From the NCBI GenBank assembly GCA_038861545.1, contig JAWCCZ010000003.1, positions 64,001 through 128,000 on the forward strand: DNA of 64,000 nt. The letters run 5' to 3'. A model generated the notes under the pieces. That model did not search any database and had not been told where the DNA came from. It worked only from the letters and a program-made list of their open reading frames with translations. A program made the translations under genes and the position numbers. Of the stretch, positions 57,109 through 64,000 are shown one piece after another. This DNA comes from Thermofilaceae archaeon. Lineage in GTDB: Archaea > Thermoproteota > Thermoprotei > Thermofilales > Thermofilaceae. Position 1 is the first letter of the stretch. Every line of letters starts with the position of its first letter.

Positions 57109-57697
57109 CTAAATCACCTAAAAACTGCATCAACCTTTCAATAGTCCTTCTATAATCTTCTTTTTTATATAAGTTAACCGCTACTAGGGTTTTTATTAAC
57201 AAGTCATTTGGGCAAGCCTTGCCCTCACTGTAGCATTTTACTAGGGTTTTCTCGGCGGCCTCTATAGTTAATAGGTACAGCTTACGTATTAGTTCCACAG
57301 CCTCTAGCAGCTCGTTTTCGCCTAATTTGGCACCCATCTTGGTTAGAGCCACTGCAGCGTTTCTAGCATTTTCTTCAATTAGTGTGGCATATTGTTCACT
57401 ACCCGGTATTAACCCCTCTGCAAGCTCATATGATACAATAAACCGATGTGCAGTCGCACGATACCATCTCACGACTAGATTTCGTCGGATTTCCGTCCTC
57501 ACAACTGCTACTAGTCCACCCTGTTCAAGCATAGATAGGTGATGCGCGATAGATGAGACATTCTTTCCCAAAGCCTTGGCCAGTTGTTGCGGTGTCATTT
57601 CTGCAAAGCGCAATAACTGCAGGATTCTCCTACGGGTTTCGTCTGCGAGCAGTTTTGCCACTTCAGGTTCTCTGATGACCTTAACACCGGAATTCAT
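57101..57697 (-). CDS. ArsR-family winged-helix regulator
   Basis: AKLLADETRRRIL...MT..QLA..LGK..S.I.HHL..LE..GLV; overlaps mvk start. Confidence 0.88.
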   Translation of the reverse strand: MNSGVKVIREPEVAKLLADETRRRILQLLRFAEMTPQQLAKALGKNVSSIAHHLSMLEQGGLVAVVRTEIRRNLVVRWYRATAHRFIVSYELAEGLIPGSEQYATLIEENARNAAVALTKMGAKLGENELLEAVELIRKLYLLTIEAAEKTLVKCYSEGKACPNDLLIKTLVAVNLYKKEDYRRTIERLMQFLGDLVE

Positions 57698-57822
57698 TGA
57701 AGAATACTTAGAAAAAGGCTGGAAAAATTTTCCGCATGTCTGACTAGCTCACAGCGGCCTTCTAGAATAGCTAGAGTCAGAATTTCTAAACGAGGAATTT
57801 AAGTTCAGAGGTTGTTTTAAGA

Positions 57823-58470
57823 TTGAGAATGCCTCTTACATGCTGTATTTACGAATTAAGCAAACCGTTAAGCCTTAAAGAAATTACCGGAAAACTTGAA
57901 CGTACTCGTTGGTCAGTACAAATTTTAGGAGATGAAGTAGAAAATAAAGTTTTCCGGATAATCTCGGTGGAAAGGAGGGAAGGGCGCTTAACCATATTTC
58001 TTAAAATATATGCTGGTGATCAACGACTGGAAAAAATATTGAAAGTCCGAATTATAAGCTTCAGAGGACACACATACCTGCTTGCTTTTGCCAGTAAAAA
58101 AATTGTCAGCAAAATCGCTAAGTCTATAGCAGACGTTTTAGGCGTAGAAGTCTCCACAATAGTAATCCAGCAAAGCAAGCTCAGGAAGATTTACGAGGGG
58201 AAGACCATAAAATTAGTTGTTTTCGATATGGTTAGAGTTCCTGGACTTCGTAAAGTAACCCTCTCGGGAAGCTCAGTAGCCGATACTGATGCCTTTAGGG
58301 AATATATCAGCGTATGCGAAGTCAGTTATGTATTATTTGAATGGATGGGATTCATAGTTGGTATCAGTGTATCGGGAACAGTTGTATGTTTATCCAAAAT
58401 CGATGAAGAAGTATTTTTTAAATTAATAGAAGAAGAACTAATTCCACTAGTGGTATCGACTTCTATATGA
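57823..58470 (+). CDS. Hypothetical protein
   Basis: 215-aa ORF overlapping the downstream 2H phosphoesterase start by 4 nt. Confidence 0.7.
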   Translation: MRMPLTCCIYELSKPLSLKEITGKLERTRWSVQILGDEVENKVFRIISVERREGRLTIFLKIYAGDQRLEKILKVRIISFRGHTYLLAFASKKIVSKIAKSIADVLGVEVSTIVIQQSKLRKIYEGKTIKLVVFDMVRVPGLRKVTLSGSSVADTDAFREYISVCEVSYVLFEWMGFIVGISVSGTVVCLSKIDEEVFFKLIEEELIPLVVSTSI

Positions 58471-58992
58471 CCGTCTATTTCATTGGTATATTCACACCGT
58501 TAAAATGTTTTGATAAGTTTATACCGAGCCTCTATGAGCTGATTCCGCTTGAACACCGTCATCTGACCTTAATATACTTGGGGTATATCAAATATCTAGG
58601 CAATACCAAAAATTTCTTCATTTATAATATTCCTCCTATACGGAAGTTTAAGCTATTCTTTCAGGGCATCGAGCCTTACCCAAGCATGGCCAAGCCGAGG
58701 TACCTGGCAGCTAAGCCAGATAAGACGAGTACTGAACGGCTTTATGATTTACGGACGAGAATCCTGGACTGCGTAAAAAGTTCAGTTGTCGACAAGTATG
58801 AGGTATTCAAACCTCATGTTTCTATAGCTTACACTCGCGCGAAGCCTTCCTTAGATCTAATTGAGCAAGTTCAACATGTTATTAAGGAAAGTAAAAGCAT
58901 CAAAGAGTCTTTGATTGTAGAAAAAAATCTCGTTAGTTAAAGCTAAAGCGGGTAAATTTTTGGAAATAGCTTACCTAAACCTTACTATATGA
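58467..58992 (+). CDS. 2H phosphoesterase (2'-5' RNA ligase / 2',3'-cyclic phosphodiesterase), frameshifted near 3' end
   Basis: HLTL and PHVSI motifs; ORF stops at 58940, but removing one A from the A7 run at 58921-58927 restores a tail ending at 58992. Confidence 0.8.
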
Positions 58993-59006
58993 AATATTCA
59001 ATGCCC

Positions 59007-59300
59007 TCAAGCGCTCTCAGCCAGCTCGTCTTGGAGCTCCAGGTGCCTCCGGAAATACTCTGCAGCGAAACTACACACAGGAACTATCTTTAGTCCATTT
59101 TCCTTAGCCCAGGCAACTGCATGTTGCAAAAGTTTTGTGGCAAACCCCTTCCCACGGTACTCCGGAGGAGTATAAGTCTTATTAATGTAAAATTTTTTCT
59201 CCTTAATTTCATATTGCAAGAATGAGTAGGTGCCTGGTGCCAGCCTGATCAGGAACATACATTGTTCAGGCCTGTGTAATACTGTATTTTCTTCACTCAT
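59007..59300 (-). CDS. GNAT (YjdJ-like) acetyltransferase
   Basis: TYTPPEYRGKGFA, KIVPVCSFA. Confidence 0.9.
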   Translation of the reverse strand: MSEENTVLHRPEQCMFLIRLAPGTYSFLQYEIKEKKFYINKTYTPPEYRGKGFATKLLQHAVAWAKENGLKIVPVCSFAAEYFRRHLELQDELAESA

Positions 59301-59389
59301 ATGAGAGCTGAGAGTTACAGCTTTATACGTTTTATCTTAAAACGATATCCGCGCAAGAGATAAAAATAGATGGATAGACAACCCGCGGA

Positions 59390-59491
59390 GGGCCCGTAGT
59401 CTAGTGGTTAGGATGTCCGCCTTACAAGCGTGCCTCGGTAGCCGAGGGCTAAGAACGCGGGAGGTCCCGGGTTCGAATCCCGGCGGGCCCA
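59390..59491 (+). tRNA. tRNA-Val(UAC) with 29-nt canonical intron (59427-59455)
   Basis: GGGCCCG/CGGGCCC; BHB central helix CUUA/UAAG; TCCGC/GCGGG stem. Confidence 0.94.
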
Positions 59492-59527
59492 CTATTTTAC
59501 ATATTCATTTTCCCTCTATTTTCTAAC

Positions 59528-60109
59528 TTATATTGTGCAGCCGGTAGGGCTAAGCGCTATGCGGAGAGCATCCAGTTCGTGGCGTGACAATTTTTTAAGT
59601 CTTGTGAAGTCGCCGATTACAACGTTTGCTTTAGCCTCCTCCTCATGCACAAGGTTTGCAGAGACTCTTAACTTGCGAATCGAGCCAGCCAATTCTTCGG
59701 CCAATTTGTAGCACGCCTTAGTATATCCTATTTTGCATTGAATGTCTTTTTTTAGTTTAATGAGTTCGGATATTAGTTCAATGGTTTTGTCGTTTTCTCT
59801 TACAATACTAGTGTAAGCCATAATGTCGTTTATCAGTATAACCATACCAATGTTTCTTGCCCCTACATCGATTCCTACCGTCATCTTAGTACTTCTTTCT
59901 AATTGATGTGCTAGCCAGCAAGCGAATAAAGCAACCTGGTGCTTAGAACGTAGTATTTCCTTAGGTACTTTTTTACCATTGTTACTAACCTCGATAAATG
60001 ATTCTAAACCAAGGTCCCTTATCGTTTGATAAAGTAGGTGAATAGAGCGTAGATCCGGCGCGCACAGAGCTACACGCCGCGTTCTCAGGGCTTGTTCCAA
60101 GCTTCGCAT
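59528..60109 (-). CDS. Hypothetical protein with RNase H-like (YqgF/RuvC-like) motifs
   Basis: VGIDVG...IG, VHEE, HELDALRIAL. Confidence 0.55.
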   Translation of the reverse strand: MRSLEQALRTRRVALCAPDLRSIHLLYQTIRDLGLESFIEVSNNGKKVPKEILRSKHQVALFACWLAHQLERSTKMTVGIDVGARNIGMVILINDIMAYTSIVRENDKTIELISELIKLKKDIQCKIGYTKACYKLAEELAGSIRKLRVSANLVHEEEAKANVVIGDFTRLKKLSRHELDALRIALSPTGCTI

Positions 60110-60711
60110 ACTTCAATCATTTTATTCAATTCTATCCTATTTCTGTCAAGGAGTATATTAGGGTCCGCTAATTCACGCTCCTCAAGTATAACCTCTTTCT
60201 TAACAACCTTCAGCCTTAATAGATAAGGCTTTAGAAGCCGAATATACCGCAGGCCGAGCGGTCCGCCGGTTCTCTGGTCTTCTCCGCATACAGTGATGAC
60301 TTTACCTGAGTTCTCAATTATGCTAGTGAATATCTGGATTTCAGTCAGTGCCATACGCATTATGTAGCTTTCCTTAAGAACTGCTCTGTAAGGAATTATA
60401 TTTGCCAAAAACTCATCTAACACGATAGTCCTACAATCACCTGCTCTCGTTTCCCCAAGCACCTCGAACACTTTGAGTAACTCGCTGTAGAAAGACATTG
60501 TCTGAAAAACTTTAGCCTCCTTTGGGAGTTTTTTCAGACGTGCATGTCTTCCGGTACCTATGTATAGAAATGGCCTAGAGTTATAGGCAATCAATAGGGC
60601 TAATCGTGTTCTTAATGAGCCCGGAGGCCCATAAATGACTAATCCTTTTTTCTCCTCTAAAATCCGTGTTAACAAGTAGAGTAAGTGTTCAGCCTCCGGT
60701 TTTTTGCGCAT
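60085..60711 (-). CDS. Divergent RecA/RadB-like P-loop protein
   Basis: IYGPPGSLRT (Walker A without Lys), TIVLDE. Confidence 0.55.
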   Translation of the reverse strand: MRKKPEAEHLLYLLTRILEEKKGLVIYGPPGSLRTRLALLIAYNSRPFLYIGTGRHARLKKLPKEAKVFQTMSFYSELLKVFEVLGETRAGDCRTIVLDEFLANIIPYRAVLKESYIMRMALTEIQIFTSIIENSGKVITVCGEDQRTGGPLGLRYIRLLKPYLLRLKVVKKEVILEERELADPNILLDRNRIELNKMIEVCEAWNKP

Positions 60712-61075
60712 AAAGTACTATAACTAACAGTGAGCCGACAATTATTAAAACTAAACCGGTCGCAATCGAGAGCTTAGCCGTTTCGCTGCGGATTTTTCCA
60801 CTCCCGGTATACAGTAAGTAATAGCCAGCTACTACCATAAGGTAACCTACAAAGGATATTGTCAGCTCTATGAAGTTTTGGTAACTTCTACTTGCTACTG
60901 GTCCTATGATAGATGTCACTGCTATGAACTCTTCCGGGCTATGAATCATGGTATATAAAATGTTAAAAACCCCACATAGCAGGAATAAGCTGGCAGCAAT
61001 GATTAAAGGAGCTAAGATAATTGGATCCAGAATTTTTGTTATAAATCGCGGGATTTGAGACATTATAGGCCTCAT
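60689..61075 (-). CDS. Three-TM membrane protein resembling OST3/OST6/DC2 (OSTC) oligosaccharyltransferase subunits
   Basis: G...LY.MI..P...PVA.R.YQ.FIE...S...Y.M..AG..LL pattern; close to aglB. Confidence 0.55.
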   Translation of the reverse strand: MRPIMSQIPRFITKILDPIILAPLIIAASLFLLCGVFNILYTMIHSPEEFIAVTSIIGPVASRSYQNFIELTISFVGYLMVVAGYYLLYTGSGKIRSETAKLSIATGLVLIIVGSLLVIVLYAQKTGG

Positions 61076-61161
61076 TTCTTTTACAGATATAAACTTTCGT
61101 TTACAATGACTTTTTGTTAGGTCTTTTCCCGACTTTTACGATAGGGTCTTCGTTTTCTCCA

Positions 61162-62019
61162 TTAAGCTGCTGTAGAAAAGGCTATTGTACCTAGAAGCAT
61201 TGCAAGAAGTGTAATTTTTCGACTGTTTTCAGCATGCCTTATGTCCTGCTTTAGTAGGATGTATATTGCTGTGAACGAAAATAACGTATCAGTGACGGAC
61301 ACGAGAGCGGTGTAAATCGCGCGTTTTCCTTGGTCATGAATCAATGGAAGTGCGATAAGGCTAAGCAAGATGGCGAATATGAACAAGACAGCTGCTAAAA
61401 AAGCCGCAAAACGCCGACCCTTAACAACAGCAATTGTTTTAATTCCAACCCGCTTGTCGCCCTCGAGATCTCTTATACCCTTTAACACTTCTCTACCTAA
61501 AGTAGCTACAAAAGCTATGAGTGTGAAAATAATAGCTAATAAAGGTATCTGGTAACCACTAGTAACGGTTGCTCCAAATAGGAAGGGTAGGGAAGTGTCA
61601 AGACTCACGACCAAGTTACCGATAAACCCCAATCGCTTGTAACGAACGTTGTATGCCATGCCGCTCGTTATAGCTGCCAGTACTACTACTAGTGGCATTA
61701 TTCCAAGGAATAAAGAGAGCGCGGTTCCGAGTAATAAAGTTAGATAGCCAGCCATGATTGCCTCCTTTAAGCTAATCTCGCCGGTAACTAATGGACGGTA
61801 CGGGGCATTTATTTTATCTTCATCAATATTGTAAATATCATTGAAAATGAAGAGGCCAGCCTCCACAAGTACTGTAATCACTATCGCTAGTACAGCTTGT
61901 ATAAGGGGTGTATACATCCATCCTCCCGCTCCAAGTGCACAGCCAGTTACTGCAGCTACTGAGGCTATAATGCCATGCTCAATCCGGGTGAGTTTGAAGT
62001 AAGCAGATACTTTGCCCAC
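61162..62019 (-). CDS. Digeranylgeranylglyceryl phosphate synthase (UbiA family)
   Basis: NDIYNIDEDKINAPYRPL, YN...K, REVLKGIRDLEGD. Confidence 0.9.
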   Translation of the reverse strand: MGKVSAYFKLTRIEHGIIASVAAVTGCALGAGGWMYTPLIQAVLAIVITVLVEAGLFIFNDIYNIDEDKINAPYRPLVTGEISLKEAIMAGYLTLLLGTALSLFLGIMPLVVVLAAITSGMAYNVRYKRLGFIGNLVVSLDTSLPFLFGATVTSGYQIPLLAIIFTLIAFVATLGREVLKGIRDLEGDKRVGIKTIAVVKGRRFAAFLAAVLFIFAILLSLIALPLIHDQGKRAIYTALVSVTDTLFSFTAIYILLKQDIRHAENSRKITLLAMLLGTIAFSTAA

Positions 62020-62109
62020 AGGGTATTCTCTAAAACCACTTTAAAACAGCTACTGCTAATTTAACCGGTAAATTTAAGTGCTTCATTTGTAGAGAACCTA
62101 CAGGTTGCC

Positions 62110-62283
62110 ATGTACATAATTGCCTGTAACAAGTGCTCTCTAGTACTTTATGCCGGTGAGAAACCAATTGATGTGCTAAGGGTTCTTGTTAAGTATGGTG
62201 ATAAATGTCCTCGGTGTTTACACAAGTTTTCTCTGAAACCAAAGCAGATACGCGCTCATGCACGGTCCGTTAGGAACTACTAA
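62110..62283 (+). CDS. Small CxxC...CxxC zinc-finger protein
   Basis: Manual 57-aa ORF MYIIACNKCSLVLYAGEKPIDVLRVLVKYGDKCPRCLHKFSLKPKQIRAHARSVRNY. Confidence 0.75.
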   Translation: MYIIACNKCSLVLYAGEKPIDVLRVLVKYGDKCPRCLHKFSLKPKQIRAHARSVRNY

Positions 62284-62338
62284 GCTCCCGCCTCATATCA
62301 ACTACAAATTTATTAATCGCTTTTCAAGGGTTCATCGG

Positions 62339-64000
62339 ATGAGCAGTCGAACTAAAGTAGTCAAGGATAAATTACTATCAGGAATTTTTCGGGCTTTAGC
62401 CTTACCAGCCGATAGTCGATTCATAGCAGCTGCAGTAGTTTCATTCAGCGTATTGTTATCACTGCTTATCCGGCTTGCTCCGCTACGATGGGGTGTGTAC
62501 TTAAACGAATTCGATCCGTACTACGAGTACTATTTAGCTGAGACTCTCCTACAGAAAGGTAATGGCGACCTTCTCAAAGGACTTGTCTGGTGGTTTAGCT
62601 GGTGGTTTGATCGAAGTGAACGGGATACCCTGTTCTGGGCTCCAGGAGGCAGAGATACGAGGGCCTCTAGCCAGTTAGGAGCTCCTCTATTTTCAGCTGT
62701 GACGTATACTCTACTAAAGGGTTTGGGCTTCGACATTGATCTCTACACAGTCCATGCCTTCATACCGGCTGTTGGAGCAGCGTTTACATGCATATTCGCT
62801 TACTTTTTAGCCAAGGAGTTATGGGATTCGAGTGCTGGAGTGCTATCCTCACTTTTTATGAGCTGTTGTTGGCCATTTATTTATAGAACCAACTTAGGAG
62901 CTAAGCATGAGGGTTTAGCTATACCTTTAATGTTAGCTTCTTTCACGCTTTTTATTCAAGCCCACAGAAGAGGGTCTATTATGCGGGGAATAGTATCAGG
63001 GATCCTTATGAGTTTAGTTGTTTTCTCTTGGGGTGGCTTCCTTTATCCTTGGAATCTACTAGCTCTAACTGTTTTAATTTGGTTACTGATTAATCCTGGC
63101 GATACCAGAACCGCAAAGGTTTACATACCATACTTTACTTTATCGAGTATCGCCATAGCACTACTACCAAGGTTCGGCCCCCGGATGGCTTATGCTTCAC
63201 CTGCAGCAATTGTACCTTTACTAACGATCGGAGCCTCTCTCCTCACGCATACTCACCTTTTACCCACCCTAGGCAGGACAAGAAGTGTAGATAGGAAAAC
63301 CACAGTTATAATTGCAACCTGTATAGGCGTGATTTTCTTTTTAGCCTGGTGGACCGGTGTTCTCGTTTCGCTTCCTGGTAGAATAATAGCGGTTATCATG
63401 CCTATTCTACGCGAAGTAGGTGTAACCACAGTAGCTGAACACGCCGTACCAACATGGGCCTCTATCTACGGCGATTACAGCTTACTTATACCATTTTCTG
63501 CTTTCGGTGCACTACTCAGCGGCTACAGGATGCGTAAACGCTTTGAGGATCTTTTTGCAGTTTTACTCTGGTCTTCGGCCGCCTATGCTGCTGCTTCTAT
63601 GGCTAGGTTAACTCTCTTATTAGGTCCAGCCGTAGCTCTTCTAACTGCTTCAGCATTCTCGGAACTTATAGGCAAACTAATAGCAGCTAGGATTACCAAT
63701 GTAAAAGCTCGGAAAAGAGCCGGGATCAGCGATGAACTAGTAGCATTAACCATCATTTTAGTTTCAGCCTTACTTTTAGTCCCCCTACTCAATTATACGG
63801 CTTTAACTGCAACTCATCAACCAGCGTTAATACTCAGCTCTTCAATCCCGGTTGTTGATTATAATTACCAATATACTGATTGGATTTCTGCACTCGAGTG
63901 GATTAAGGCGAACGTGCCTACTGGATCCGTTATCGCAACTTGGTGGGACTACGGTTACTGGATTTCTGTTAATACTCTGAGAAATACTACTTGTGATAAC
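62339..64000 (+). CDS. aglB: Oligosaccharyltransferase AglB/STT3 (runs off window end)
   Basis: Manual translation: NEFDPYY, TTVAEH, many TM segments, ATWWDYGYWI near 63941. Confidence 0.96.
   Translation, partial: MSSRTKVVKDKLLSGIFRALALPADSRFIAAAVVSFSVLLSLLIRLAPLRWGVYLNEFDPYYEYYLAETLLQKGNGDLLKGLVWWFSWWFDRSERDTLFWAPGGRDTRASSQLGAPLFSAVTYTLLKGLGFDIDLYTVHAFIPAVGAAFTCIFAYFLAKELWDSSAGVLSSLFMSCCWPFIYRTNLGAKHEGLAIPLMLASFTLFIQAHRRGSIMRGIVSGILMSLVVFSWGGFLYPWNLLALTVLIWLLINPGDTRTAKVYIPYFTLSSIAIALLPRFGPRMAYASPAAIVPLLTIGASLLTHTHLLPTLGRTRSVDRKTTVIIATCIGVIFFLAWWTGVLVSLPGRIIAVIMPILREVGVTTVAEHAVPTWASIYGDYSLLIPFSAFGALLSGYRMRKRFEDLFAVLLWSSAAYAAASMARLTLLLGPAVALLTASAFSELIGKLIAARITNVKARKRAGISDELVALTIILVSALLLVPLLNYTALTATHQPALILSSSIPVVDYNYQYTDWISALEWIKANVPTGSVIATWWDYGYWISVNTLRNTTCDN

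Noticed and set aside
1-64000. CRISPR arrays, integrases, IS elements, tRNA-derived att sites
   Set aside because: No periodic repeats, transposase or integrase motifs, or duplicated tRNA 3' ends found by eye.

Overview
Gene-dense archaeal chromosomal segment, most likely a Thermofilum-like crenarchaeon (Thermoproteota). Support for that placement: crenarchaeal ribosomal proteins, FBP aldolase/phosphatase, a Sulfolobus-type SSB, a splicing endonuclease with the crenarchaea-specific loop, and tRNAs with non-canonical bulge-helix-bulge (BHB) introns. Content is mostly housekeeping: translation and tRNA maturation (tyrS, gltX, pus10, trmY, trm56, trm112, endA, rnp1, an L22-L14 ribosomal block, hflX, mbf1), secretion and glycosylation (srp54, secG, A24 peptidase, aglB), lipid synthesis (egsA, DGGGP synthase, tes, mvk), polB, topA, a proteasome beta subunit and an ABC transporter operon. 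There are eight tRNA genes, seven with introns. I saw no CRISPR array, integrase, IS element or rRNA. The most interesting observations are: (1) an OST3/OST6/DC2-like membrane protein next to aglB, hinting at a multi-subunit oligosaccharyltransferase; (2) a five-gene ABC operon pairing a vWA-associated-type binding protein with a PhoU-like DUF47 protein, whose two ATPases share an identical 132-bp block; (3) a candidate C/D guide RNA positioned to methylate C34 of tRNA-Trp; (4) unusual tRNA introns (36/37, 22/23, double 30/31 plus 37/38, and an ambiguous register in tRNA-Ile); (5) every non-CCA tRNA ends in TCA or CTA; (6) a perfect 24-bp inverted copy of pncB coding sequence just downstream of pncB; (7) a k-turn-like structured element upstream of tes. 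All calls come from manual reading and motif recognition, with no database searches.
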